The notes: generated by a model not told the origin, from the sequence alone. DNA of 64,000 nt from an uncultured bacterium (GCA_965368975.1 CBDUPA010000012.1:160001-224000), one strand, 5' to 3'. Numbered from the stretch's first letter, positions 1 through 9,666 are shown. Made by a program: numbers and translations.

Positions 1-884
1 TTCCCTTGAAGCTTCTCGTGGCTTCGGGTAGTTCCGGCGTGCAGGGGCTCAACCTGCAAGCGCACCAGCGAGCCGTCGACGAGCCGCTAGCGGCGCTCTT
101 GAGGCACGGGCTCCTTGAACGCCAGCTACTCTGGAAGGCCGGAGCAGAGACCTTGGCGGAGATCTTGGGCGACGGTCGGCTCGACATGTTTCATCTCGTC
201 GCGCATGGAGACATCGCTCCGTCGGAGCAGCGAGGTGTCATCTTCCTGCAGGATCTACTGCCTCAGGGGCTAGCGGTTACTGGGCGGGAATTGGCGTCTA
301 TGCTCAGTCGTCACCCGCCGCGGCTCGTCGTATTGATCGTTTGCAAGGGAGGAGCAGCTTCTGGGCAGTCCCTGTTCGACGGGGTTGCTCAAGACCTCGT
401 GCTTCGCGGTGTACCGGCCGTGGTCGCAATACGAGCATCGATTCGCGAGGACTATGCCACGCGATTCGTCAGGAGCTTCTACCATGCACTTGCGACAGGT
501 GAGTCGCTCGACCGGGCCGTGTACCTCGGGCGGATGCGACTCCGTGTTGAGGACCCTGTCGCCTGGGCAACACCGGCGCTCTTCCTACGCTCGCGGGACT
601 CCAGACTCTTCGACTTACCCAGATACTTCGGGCACCCATTCGCTCGCCAGATGCTGGAAATCGAAGAGGTACTGGAATCCGATCCCGCGAGAGCGCTGGC
701 AGTCCTGTGCCAGGTACCTCTGAAGCATAGATCCTTGGGACGGGAGGGCGCCACCCTCCTGTCGATTCGAGAGGAACTCTGCGCCGCTCGAGCCCGAGGA
801 CAGCTTCCTGACAGCCTGACTCTGTGCCGTAAAATCCGCCGCTTCTTGGAGCTCTTGGCCCAGATTCCCAACTGCTGTCCCTGA
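1..884 (+). CDS. CHAT domain (caspase-like) protein, probably 5'-partial
   Basis: FHLVAHG (His-Gly) and LVVLIVC (Cys) dyad, GVPAVVA and WATPALF motifs; the frame is open to the window edge. Confidence 0.8.
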   Translation, partial: PLKLLVASGSSGVQGLNLQAHQRAVDEPLAALLRHGLLERQLLWKAGAETLAEILGDGRLDMFHLVAHGDIAPSEQRGVIFLQDLLPQGLAVTGRELASMLSRHPPRLVVLIVCKGGAASGQSLFDGVAQDLVLRGVPAVVAIRASIREDYATRFVRSFYHALATGESLDRAVYLGRMRLRVEDPVAWATPALFLRSRDSRLFDLPRYFGHPFARQMLEIEEVLESDPARALAVLCQVPLKHRSLGREGATLLSIREELCAARARGQLPDSLTLCRKIRRFLELLAQIPNCCP

Positions 885-907
885 AGGTGCCAAGCGCTGC
901 TCCCGCC

Positions 908-1233
908 CTACGGCGGGCAGCCCTGACTCATCCACGACTCGAACAGCTGGATCTGCTCGTCGGTCAGCGGTGGGAAGGGTGGCGGCGGCATGCTCTTGGT
1001 CGAGATCTGGTGGTGGATGAGCTTGGCGTTGCCGAGCACGGCGTCGTAGTCGGTGAGGTCGAGGCGCCAGGCCATGGGGCCGCGGAAGGGTTGGAAGATG
1101 GGCTGATGTCGGTGGCGAAGGACACCGGCTTCGGTGACGGGGGCTGGTCGGCGCAGTCGGGAGAGCCGCCGGCGGAGGCCACGGCGGCCGCGACTTCGGC
1201 GGGTACGGTGCGGTCTCGGATGGATTTCTTCAT
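908..1233 (-). pseudogene. Small hypothetical protein interrupted by a single-base frameshift near 1104 (real or sequencing error)
   Basis: RBS GAAAGGA before ATG 1233. Adding one base after VSFATDI gives QPIFQPFRGPMAWRLDLTDYDAVLGNAKLIHHQISTKSMPPPPFPPLTDEQIQLFESWMSQGCPP* with host-like codons, ending at TAG 908-910. Confidence 0.65.
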
Positions 1234-1293
1234 GACTCGAGTCCTTTCACTCCAGTTCCACTGGGGACCGAAGTCCGCTAGGAGATGTGTCCG

Positions 1294-2730
1294 CTAGGGG
1301 AAGAGGTCCACTAAGGGGATCCGCCACAAGGCGCCGCTACGGGGTGTCGCCTGGACACCGTGGTCGGTCATTTCGAAGGCGCCGAAGTCGACCAGCCAGA
1401 CGGTCTCGCCGGTCGGGTCGAGGGCGACGTCGATGGGGCGCTCGAGGTGCTCGCGTACCTGGTCAGGGAGGCGCACCGGGTGGAGCGACCAGTCGGCCGG
1501 GTCGATGCGCGCCAGCGAGCGGCCGATGCGAGCGCCGGGTGGCGCGGTCATGGGTTTCTCGTCGCCGAACAGGGTGACCAGCAGGTGTCCGGGCCAGCGT
1601 GGGGCCACGTCGGGGATGCGTGCCAGCTTGGTGGCGGCGGCGTTGACGGGGAATTCCAGCAGCGGCCGCTCGGGGGGTGGCAGTTCGTCGTGGTTGGCGA
1701 GCAGGGGGGGCAATGTCGCCTCGGGGGCCTCGGGGGCCCTACGGCGCGTGGGACGGAAGCGTGGATCGCTGACCGGGACGCCGCCGACGAAGTCCGGCCA
1801 GCCGTACCAGCGGCCTTGCTTGACCTCGTAGAGCAGGTCCGGGGCGTTGCCGATCGGCCGGCTGCCTCGATCGTCGGCGCCCTGGTCGGTGGCGAGCAGG
1901 CGGCCGTCCGGCAGCACGCACAGGCCGTAGGCGTTGCGCAGACCCCAGGCGAAGACTTCCAGCGACGAGCCGTCGAGGTTACAGCGCAGCACGGCCGCGG
2001 TCGCGGGTACTTGCGCCGGCAGTCGGTGACCCGGTCCGTGACTCTCGCCGAAGCAGGCGAAGGCGCCGGTGTTGGCGCGGGCTTGCGCTTCGCCTCGGGC
2101 TTGACGCAAGGGGTCGGCGGTCTCGACCTCGACGCCCGTCAGGGTGATGTCGAAGCCTGGGATGTCGGCGTCGTGGGGGAGTTCGCCGAGCCAGCCGAGT
2201 TCGTACGCGTCGAGCCCAACGATACCGTTGTTGGTCAGAGCGCCCTGGCTGAAGTAGAGACGACGGTCAGCGCCCAGGACGGCCATGTTGGTGTGATAGT
2301 TCCCAAACCCGGGCAGGTGATCGAGGAGTGTCTCTCGAATAGGAGTCTGTCGAGGGGTTTCTTGCGTGCCACTCCGCGACACGCGGCTCAAGCGACCGGG
2401 CCGGCCGCCTTCGGCCACGATGAAGGCTCCGTCACAGGCCAATAGGCCATTCACCGGCGCGCGCAGTCCGTCGATCAGCACGCTTGTCGAGCCGTCGGGC
2501 TCGATGCGCAGGATGCGACCCGTTGGCCGTGCTTCGCCGGGTGCCAGCCCGAACGGCAGGCCCGATTCGGCGACGTGCGGACGACCCTCGTCGTCGAAGG
2601 CCAGGGACGTCGGGAAGGCCAGGCTGCCGGCGATGAGACGCGCTCCGGGGTTCGGCAAGGTAGGTGCCGTCTTCGGCGGTACTGGTGCTGGAGCGGTGAT
2701 TGGGGGTGCAGTCATGGCAGGGACCGTCAT
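1294..2730 (-). CDS. Glucose/sorbosone dehydrogenase-like (PQQ-dependent sugar dehydrogenase family) beta-propeller
   Basis: AWGLRNAYGL, WYGWPD and ERPIDV motifs; start set at ATG 2730 because the longer ORF overlaps the upstream gene. Confidence 0.75.
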   Translation of the reverse strand: MTVPAMTAPPITAPAPVPPKTAPTLPNPGARLIAGSLAFPTSLAFDDEGRPHVAESGLPFGLAPGEARPTGRILRIEPDGSTSVLIDGLRAPVNGLLACDGAFIVAEGGRPGRLSRVSRSGTQETPRQTPIRETLLDHLPGFGNYHTNMAVLGADRRLYFSQGALTNNGIVGLDAYELGWLGELPHDADIPGFDITLTGVEVETADPLRQARGEAQARANTGAFACFGESHGPGHRLPAQVPATAAVLRCNLDGSSLEVFAWGLRNAYGLCVLPDGRLLATDQGADDRGSRPIGNAPDLLYEVKQGRWYGWPDFVGGVPVSDPRFRPTRRRAPEAPEATLPPLLANHDELPPPERPLLEFPVNAAATKLARIPDVAPRWPGHLLVTLFGDEKPMTAPPGARIGRSLARIDPADWSLHPVRLPDQVREHLERPIDVALDPTGETVWLVDFGAFEMTDHGVQATPRSGALWRIPLVDLFP

Positions 2731-2744
2731 GAATGGTTCGTGGC

Positions 2745-3326
2745 TCAGGCACCGACCCCGAGCAGGCGCAGCGTGGCCAGCAGCAGGAGGTAGACGCCGC
2801 TCAGCATCTCGGCATGCCGGGGGATGAACGGACGCAGCCGCGCGCCAGCGAACAGGCCGACCGCGCACAGCCCGCCGCTCACCGTGCCGACGATCAGCGC
2901 CGAGGCGACGACCGGGAACCCCAGCGTGCCGAGCGCGACGCCGGCGAATAGGTTGTCGAAGGATAGCGACAGCGGCAAGACGAACTGCGCCATGCGCAGC
3001 GTCGAGTCGCGGCCATCGACGGCTTCCCCCTCGCCGCCACGGCGCGCGAACCAGAGGATCAAGATTCCTGTCAACGCGAGCATGCCGATTCCGACTCCCT
3101 CGCCCCATTCGCCCAGCAGAGGAGCCACGCTCTGGCCGATCAGCAGGCCCAGCAGCGGCATCACTGTTTCGGCCAGCGCGAAGCTAGCGGCGAAGACCCA
3201 GCGCCGCCTCCGGCTCATCTCGACCAGGCCGAGTCCAGCGCCGACCTGCAGGTTGTCGAGGCCGACGAGCACGCCGAGCGTCACCAGGATCCAGGCCGTC
3301 TCGCCCATCAGTAGCTGGCCCGTCAT
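2745..3326 (-). CDS. mntP: Manganese efflux pump MntP family membrane protein
   Basis: Two repeats of the DNL motif (GLDNLQVG, SFDNLFAG), ETVMPLLG, hydrophobic helices; ATG overlaps the upstream TGA. Confidence 0.7.
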   Translation of the reverse strand: MTGQLLMGETAWILVTLGVLVGLDNLQVGAGLGLVEMSRRRRWVFAASFALAETVMPLLGLLIGQSVAPLLGEWGEGVGIGMLALTGILILWFARRGGEGEAVDGRDSTLRMAQFVLPLSLSFDNLFAGVALGTLGFPVVASALIVGTVSGGLCAVGLFAGARLRPFIPRHAEMLSGVYLLLLATLRLLGVGA

Positions 3327-5158
3327 CAGCTGGCCAGCTTGAAGATGCGCAGCAGTCCGCCCTTCCTGCCGTAGACCAGCGCTCCGGCGACCACGTAATC
3401 GCCCCACACCGCGGGGCCCATACAGTAGCCGTAGCCACCGGCGAAACCACCGGTCTCCGTGCCCAGGTCGTTGTGCCACAGCAAGGTGCCGTCGGCGACG
3501 GCGAAGGCGTAGATGCTGATCTTGGTGGTCGCCATGAACACCACGTCGTTGACCACCGCCGGCACCGACAGCCCGGACTCCCCGGCGTTGGCGTAGAGCG
3601 GCGGCCGGCCGTTGACGTAGCGCTTCGGATCGCCGTCGTCGAGCGGCCAGGCATCCTCCAGCGAGTTCCAGTCCAGCGCCCGGATGAACGGCGTCGACGC
3701 GGAGTCGATACCGGCGGCGTTGATGTCGTAATTCTTGCCGCCGACGCCGATGAACAGCCGCTGCGACGGCGGGTGGACGGCGGGGGTGCTGTAGGTGCCG
3801 AAGTAGTTCTCGCCCGGCGTCGCGTTGGAGCACTCGTTGCTCACCCTCGGGTTGGGCGTCGAGGCCGCCTGCTGTGCCTTCGAAGCGTGCGGGTCGACCT
3901 CGGGGATCTGCGAGCCGTCGTTGTGCAGCGGCAGCAGCTGACGCAGCTGGACGATCTCGAGCGTATCGGCGTCGACAGTGAACATGCCGCCGTTCTTGCA
4001 CGCCAGCGCCACCATGCGCCGGCCGTCCTGGTCGGTGAATAGCGTCGCCGAACCGCCCACGTCGACGTCGATGTCCGATGGCCGGTAGCTCGACTCGGGC
4101 GGGAACTGGACGAAGCCGACGAAGGCGCCGGTACCCGCCTGCAGCACCAGCATGCCGTTCGAATAGCCGGCGCTGGGCAGGGTGCTGTCGGGCACCGGGT
4201 TGCCGGTGGAGCAGTACAGGCGGTCGAGCTTGCGGTCGTAGGCGATGCCGGCCCAGACGGAGCTGCCTCGGGTCACCGGTTCACCGTTGAAGACCTTGAA
4301 GCCCGGCGGTGGCGTTCCCCCCTCCAGCACATCGGCGGGCAGCACGTTGGGCTGATTGGCCTCGCCGCTGCGGAACTGGCAAGTGCAGTAGATCCACACC
4401 ACGTCGCCGCTGGCAACGTCCAGGCAGTAGACGAAGCTGTAGAGAAACGGATTCTCGCCCTCGCCGATGCCGACGTAGAGACGCCCATCGACCACCAGCG
4501 GCGACGACCACAGCGCCGCCACGGCATAGCCCTGGTCGGTCCCCAGATCGCTGGTCACCGGCTGGTTGTGCAGCGGGTCCTGGTAGCGCAGATCCGTCAC
4601 CCAGAGCAGCTCCAAGGTCTCCTGGTCGAGGCAGTAGACCTTGCCGTTGAAGGCACCGAAAAACACCTTGCCGTTGACCACCGCCGGCGTCGAGCCCATG
4701 CCGCAGAAGCCGTGTGTGTCGCGCTCACTCTGCGGAATCGCCCACTTGAACGCCGCGGCGATCGCGCCGGTCGCCAGCTCCACCTTGTAGAACGAGCCGC
4801 CGTTGGAAGCCGCCGCGTCATGGCTGTTGGCGGTGCCCACGTAGACGAAGCCGTCGACGATCGCCGGCGTCGACATCACCGGGCCGTCCAACTCCAGGTC
4901 GAACGCCGGGCGCAGCTTGGCCACCGTCTCGGTGTCGATATTGCTGGTCGACGTGAAGCCGCTGTGCGCCGCGTCACCGTGGTACATCCACCAGTTCTGG
5001 ACGCCATCGGGCGACATGCGCGGATCGTCCTGCCCCTTCCGCGTCGCCGCGTCCGAGTCGCGCGCCGTGTCTGCTGAAGACGTATCTGCTAGCGCCGAGC
5101 CGGCCAGAGACGTCGTCGCCAGTCCGGCCGCCAATCCTAGAAATCCTCTTCGATCCAT
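3326..5158 (-). CDS. Tat-exported PQQ-binding-like beta-propeller protein
   Basis: MDRRGFLG twin-arginine signal; WWMYHGD motif; repeated STPAIVDG/STPAVVNG/SSPLVVDG blades. Confidence 0.85.
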   Translation of the reverse strand: MDRRGFLGLAAGLATTSLAGSALADTSSADTARDSDAATRKGQDDPRMSPDGVQNWWMYHGDAAHSGFTSTSNIDTETVAKLRPAFDLELDGPVMSTPAIVDGFVYVGTANSHDAAASNGGSFYKVELATGAIAAAFKWAIPQSERDTHGFCGMGSTPAVVNGKVFFGAFNGKVYCLDQETLELLWVTDLRYQDPLHNQPVTSDLGTDQGYAVAALWSSPLVVDGRLYVGIGEGENPFLYSFVYCLDVASGDVVWIYCTCQFRSGEANQPNVLPADVLEGGTPPPGFKVFNGEPVTRGSSVWAGIAYDRKLDRLYCSTGNPVPDSTLPSAGYSNGMLVLQAGTGAFVGFVQFPPESSYRPSDIDVDVGGSATLFTDQDGRRMVALACKNGGMFTVDADTLEIVQLRQLLPLHNDGSQIPEVDPHASKAQQAASTPNPRVSNECSNATPGENYFGTYSTPAVHPPSQRLFIGVGGKNYDINAAGIDSASTPFIRALDWNSLEDAWPLDDGDPKRYVNGRPPLYANAGESGLSVPAVVNDVVFMATTKISIYAFAVADGTLLWHNDLGTETGGFAGGYGYCMGPAVWGDYVVAGALVYGRKGGLLRIFKLAS

Positions 5159-5198
5159 CGCTCGTCCCCCCCTTGTAGATCCTCGTTCCCGGTGTCGA

Positions 5199-6644
5199 TC
5201 AATGGGCCCCGCGCAGCAGCGTCCAGCTATAGTCCGCCTGTGCCGCCAGGTAGTGGCAGCTCATACAACTGTTGCCGCCCGCGCCCTGCGCGTCGGCCGG
5301 CGACTGGAAGTACGTTTCCATCACCGAGTTGGTGGCTCCGTTGACCGGAAACGCACCGCCCGAGTCCCGCGGGTAGATGCCGCCGACCTCCATTGTCTTG
5401 AACACGTGCGGCGTGCTCGGCCACTGGGTGATCACCAGCTGGTAATGACGCCAGACGGTGTCTTGCAGAATGCCGTCCCGGACGTGACGGTTGAGCGCCT
5501 GCGTGCTGCGCGGGATCGGGTTGAAGCGCGTCACCTGGACGGGCGTTCGCTCTTCGATCGGCTGCAAGTGGGGTGCCTTGGCGAACGGCCGGTTCGCCCA
5601 GCCGCCGACCGTCGGAGGATCGTTGGTGCCATTGTTGAACGAGTAGCCGCGCCCGGCGTCACCGTAGCCCTCGTCATGAGGCCCCTCTTCATGAGGACCG
5701 GCAGGAACGTTGTCGACCTGCTCGAAGCTCGACCAGATCCACTGCGGAAACGCCTGCAGCTTCTGCACGATGTGGATGCCGATCAAGCCGATCCTGTGCG
5801 GCTTGCAGTCCTGGCTCTGGGGATCGAGCACCCACGCTTCCATGTGGTAGAAGCGGCTCGGGTCGTCGCGCTCCGGGTCCAGGATCTTCCAGGCCGCCTT
5901 GATCATCAGCGCTCCTTGCGTCGAGGGCGGATGACTGGCGGGCATCGAGATCGGCTCCTTGGGCGCCAGGTTGCGCGCCAGGTACAGCCAGGTACTCGGC
6001 TGTTCGTCCTTGCCGCGCACGAAGTTGTACTGTGCCTCGTTGAAGCGCACCTCGTAGACCGCGTACTGCCGGCTCTGGTCGATCAGCGGGAAGGAGAACG
6101 CCTGGTTGCTTTCCTCGACCAGGCTGTCGCCCTTGGAGTGCCGCACAAAGACCCGCCGCCGCGGATCCTCGTCGCCGCACGGATTGACCGGAATCTCCAC
6201 GGACTCCCATGGTGTCGGTCGATTCGCCCCTTGGTCGAAGAGTTCGAACTCCTCCTTGTACGCCCCCCAGACCACCGGGTGTGCCCCGTGCGGTTGGGAG
6301 AGGAACACGTCCGGATCGTCCGGCTGCTCCGGCTGTCCCCGATGGGATCCGGATGCCGGCCAGTTGAGGGCGATGAACGACTGCCAGGAGAAGGCGTCGA
6401 AGAAAGGCCGCGCCTGCTCGGGGGTGCTTACCGAACTCGGAACCTTCACCGTCAGTGGCACATTGCCGTTCAGCGTCGGCACTGGCGGCCGGTGTTTTGG
6501 GGTGCGTTCGGCTGTTTCGTCCGGTGACGCGACAGCCGTCTGCTCGCCGGTGTGGAGTCCGAAGACCCCGAGTCCCAGCAGGACGAGGACGAAGGCGGGG
6601 CTGCAGAATCGCTTCACCCTGTTCGACGAATCAGTAAGGGGCAT
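5199..6644 (-). CDS. Exported protein with a single C-terminal c-type heme motif
   Basis: N-terminal hydrophobic segment; WQSFIALNWP and WIWSSFEQVDN blocks; SCMSCH (CxxCH). Confidence 0.7.
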   Translation of the reverse strand: MPLTDSSNRVKRFCSPAFVLVLLGLGVFGLHTGEQTAVASPDETAERTPKHRPPVPTLNGNVPLTVKVPSSVSTPEQARPFFDAFSWQSFIALNWPASGSHRGQPEQPDDPDVFLSQPHGAHPVVWGAYKEEFELFDQGANRPTPWESVEIPVNPCGDEDPRRRVFVRHSKGDSLVEESNQAFSFPLIDQSRQYAVYEVRFNEAQYNFVRGKDEQPSTWLYLARNLAPKEPISMPASHPPSTQGALMIKAAWKILDPERDDPSRFYHMEAWVLDPQSQDCKPHRIGLIGIHIVQKLQAFPQWIWSSFEQVDNVPAGPHEEGPHDEGYGDAGRGYSFNNGTNDPPTVGGWANRPFAKAPHLQPIEERTPVQVTRFNPIPRSTQALNRHVRDGILQDTVWRHYQLVITQWPSTPHVFKTMEVGGIYPRDSGGAFPVNGATNSVMETYFQSPADAQGAGGNSCMSCHYLAAQADYSWTLLRGAH

Positions 6645-6800
6645 GACGACGTCTCCTCACAGCGCGCGCAGTTCACTCTGGTGACCACCACTCCCTTTGC
6701 CGTTACGGGGTCGGAGAGGGGGTCTCCCAAGAGACTTCGAATTTTCTCGATTGCGGCCGAAGATAGCACGAGCCGCGGGCCTTGTCCAGGACGGCTTGTT

Positions 6801-9119
6801 CTACCGGACCACCGTACTTCCTGGCAGATCCTTTTCTTGGTTAGGAGCGGGCAGGGAATCGAGCTGCTGTTGGAACTCGGCCTGGCCTTCCGCGTCTCCG
6901 ACACGCTCGTGGTGTTCGACCAACAGCTCGAGAACGAAACGGATCTCCGGGTGCCCCGGCTCGAGACGGGTTCGGAAGAGCCGCAAGGCGTGCTGGTTCA
7001 GGGCGATGGCTTCGTCGAAGCGACCTTGACCGGAGGCGGTTTCCGCCAGAGAGCGCAGGGTGGACACCAGGCGGAAGTTGTCGTCGCCGAGCGCGCGCCT
7101 CTTGAGCAGGAGGGTTTCTTCCAGTGCTGCTCGGGCGTCGTCGTAGCGCCCGAGGGTATTGTAGAGCGTGCCGAGGTTGTTCAGGAAGGCATGGTAGTTG
7201 GGGTGCTCGGTGCCGACGCGACGGCGAACGATGTCCACCGCCCGGCGCATCGGGGCTTCGGCCTCGCTGTAGCGTTCCTGCTGCATGCGCACGATACCGA
7301 GCCGCAGCAGGGTGTGGGCGATGTTCATCTCGTCCGGGTCCGGCTGTGCTTCTTCGAGGTGTAGTACCTCGCTCAGCTGAGACCAGGCTTCGTCGTAGAG
7401 GCCCTGGGCCAGGAGGACGGAGGCGAGCCCCCGGCGCAAGCGTAGGAAGCGAGAGTCGCCCGGAGGTAGCGATTGTGCCCAGGTCGCGGTGGCTTGCTGG
7501 AGTACGGTGGTGGCCTTCTCGAACTCGTCCATGTCGGCATAGAGGTAGCCGAGCATGTACTCGGTATAGCCGAGCTTCTCACTTCCTGGTGGCAGGTGCT
7601 CTCGGTGCAGGCGGAGCGCGTGCTCGGTGTGCTGGCGTGCCTGCTCGTAGTCGATTTGACGGTGATAGACGCCACCCAAGGCCAGCAGACTGTCTCCGTA
7701 GGCGATGCCATCGGGCTGGTCTCGAGCGTCGTGAAGAGCGATGGATTCCGTGAGTAGCTGCCGGGCGGTCTCGGTGTCGCCCAGAGTCAGGTAGGCACGG
7801 CCCATGTAGCCGAGCAAGTTCGCTCGGAGCCGGGGGCGTTGCAGGAAGCGCCCATCGATCTGTTGCACTCCTCGGTCGAGAACCTGCCGGAGTGGCACTT
7901 CGGTGGTCGCGCCACTGGCCGGCTGAGGGTGGGTCAAAACATCGAGCAGGAAGTCTCTCACCTCTTGTGCTTCCGCCCGCGCGGCTTCGGCAGCGTGTGC
8001 TTGCTGTCGTGCTCTGGAGGCCTCCACGCTGCGGGCGATCATGCCCCCTGTCAAGACCAGCAGTACCAGCAACAAAGCGGACAAAAGAGCGCGGTGGCGA
8101 CTCGAGAACTTGCTGGCCCGGTAGAGCAGCCCGGGAGGCATTGCCGCCACAGGTTCTCTTGCCAGATAGCGGTGCAGGTCTTCGGACAATTCCGCGGCGG
8201 ATCCGTAGCGTAGATAGCGCTCACGGGCCATGGCTTTGAGCAGGATCTTGCCGACATCCCTGCGCAGATCGCGTTCCAGCTGACTGGCTGTCGTGCCGCG
8301 GTTGCGTGCGTATTCCAGTTTCTCGGGCTGCGGCAGCTGGCGCCAGCGGTGGCTCGCGGAGACCGGGGGCTGGGTCCGGATCATTTCGAGCCAGTCCATG
8401 AGTGCCAGCGACTCTCGAATCCACGGGAAGTCGCCAACCAGCAGGACGAAGAGCAGAACCCCCAGCGAGTAGACGTCGGAGCGGATGTCATGGGAGCCGG
8501 AGGTACCGTGGTCAAAGGACAAGCTTTCCGGACTCAGGAAGGCCGGTGTGCCGACGACGCCATAGCGCGTCAAGTAGGCTGAAGACTCCAGGTCGCGGGC
8601 GATACCGAAGTCGATCAGCTTGATCGTGGGTTGTCCCTCGACTTCGCAGACTAGGATGTTGGAGGGCTTGAGGTCGCGGTGCAGGATGGCTTTCTGGTGT
8701 GCGTGGTGGATGCCGGCACAAAGCTGCTCGAACAGGCGAATGCGGGTGTTGACGCTCAGTTGGTGCCGGTCGCAGTACCGGTCAATGCGCTCGCCGTCGA
8801 GATACTCCATGACGAAGTAGGGACGACCGTCGTCGAGGTCCCCCGCGTCGAAGATTCTGGCGATGTTCGGGTGGTTCAAGCGCGCCAGGACACGGCGTTC
8901 CACCTCGAAGCGCCGCCGGAGTAGGCCCGTCTGTACACGGGCTCGTACTACCTTGACCGCCACCTGGCGCTGGATCGGTTCGTTCTGTTCCGCGAGCCAG
9001 ACGACACCCATTCCGCCATACCCGATGACCCTCTGCAGGTGATAGGGGCCGATGCGGTCGGGGATACCGGAGAGTTGACCTGCAGCATCCTCGAAGGGTG
9101 GTGTGGCAGAGTCCGTCAC
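6801..9119 (-). CDS. Membrane Ser/Thr protein kinase with C-terminal TPR repeats
   Basis: GYGGMG, VAVK, HRDLKPSN, DFG and SPE motifs, one TM helix, TPR-like repeats; GGAGG before the GTG start. Confidence 0.95.
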   Translation of the reverse strand: MTDSATPPFEDAAGQLSGIPDRIGPYHLQRVIGYGGMGVVWLAEQNEPIQRQVAVKVVRARVQTGLLRRRFEVERRVLARLNHPNIARIFDAGDLDDGRPYFVMEYLDGERIDRYCDRHQLSVNTRIRLFEQLCAGIHHAHQKAILHRDLKPSNILVCEVEGQPTIKLIDFGIARDLESSAYLTRYGVVGTPAFLSPESLSFDHGTSGSHDIRSDVYSLGVLLFVLLVGDFPWIRESLALMDWLEMIRTQPPVSASHRWRQLPQPEKLEYARNRGTTASQLERDLRRDVGKILLKAMARERYLRYGSAAELSEDLHRYLAREPVAAMPPGLLYRASKFSSRHRALLSALLLVLLVLTGGMIARSVEASRARQQAHAAEAARAEAQEVRDFLLDVLTHPQPASGATTEVPLRQVLDRGVQQIDGRFLQRPRLRANLLGYMGRAYLTLGDTETARQLLTESIALHDARDQPDGIAYGDSLLALGGVYHRQIDYEQARQHTEHALRLHREHLPPGSEKLGYTEYMLGYLYADMDEFEKATTVLQQATATWAQSLPPGDSRFLRLRRGLASVLLAQGLYDEAWSQLSEVLHLEEAQPDPDEMNIAHTLLRLGIVRMQQERYSEAEAPMRRAVDIVRRRVGTEHPNYHAFLNNLGTLYNTLGRYDDARAALEETLLLKRRALGDDNFRLVSTLRSLAETASGQGRFDEAIALNQHALRLFRTRLEPGHPEIRFVLELLVEHHERVGDAEGQAEFQQQLDSLPAPNQEKDLPGSTVVR

Positions 9120-9444
9120 ATGTCGCCTCCTGTGTGTTCAGAGTATCGCAGCGCCCGGGTCCCCGCCCATCAAACGTCACGTCACGTCACAGGAGCGAGA
9201 CCGCGCCGGAGGATGCGGCGCGAGGCCCGTACTGCGGGTTCGATCAGCCATCACTTCCTGATCGAGGTCACGGACCAAGTGGTCGCGGAGTCTGGCCCAC
9301 CAAGATGGTGCAAGAGGCCTTCGGTGTGCCCGGCCGAATTCGCGAGGCGTCGGAACGCTCATGCTAGTATGCGAATACTGCCATGAGGCCATTCGAGCTC
9401 GTTGAAATACATCAGCGAGACGCAAGACAGAAAGAGGAGAACAG

Positions 9445-9636
9445 ATGAGAAGGCGAGCGAGCAAGTTGCGTCTGAACCGCGAAACCCTGACGAGCTTGGG
9501 CGGTGAGCAAATGAGCAAGGCCGTGGGAGGTTTTTCCGAGACCTGTGCTGCACTTTCCTCTCTGGTCCAGCTGGCTTGCTTCTGTCCTACGTATGATCCG
9601 GAGACAGTAGAGACCGACGTATCCTGCGCTTGCTGA
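9445..9636 (+). CDS. RiPP (lanthipeptide-like) precursor peptide, 63 aa
   Basis: RBS AGAGGAG; leader KLRLNRETLTSL, GG at the leader end, Ser/Thr-rich core with 5 Cys. Confidence 0.75.
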   Translation: MRRRASKLRLNRETLTSLGGEQMSKAVGGFSETCAALSSLVQLACFCPTYDPETVETDVSCAC

Positions 9637-9666
9637 CGCTATGTAGCCGTGCGCTATGTAGCCGTG
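9637..9666. repeat. 15-bp tandem duplication CGCTATGTAGCCGTG x2
   Basis: Read directly, immediately after the peptide stop codon. Confidence 0.9.

Noticed and set aside
902-917. CCCGCC-CTAC-GGCGGG hairpin between convergent genes as a terminator or REP
   Set aside because: Only a 6-bp stem, overlaps the stop codon, no U-tract and no match to either REP family
9174-9190. ACGTC x3 pentamer run upstream of the kinase
   Set aside because: Too short to separate a binding site from slippage
9637-9666. Possible CRISPR or att site at the 15-bp tandem repeat
   Set aside because: Two adjacent copies, no spacer, no cas or integrase gene
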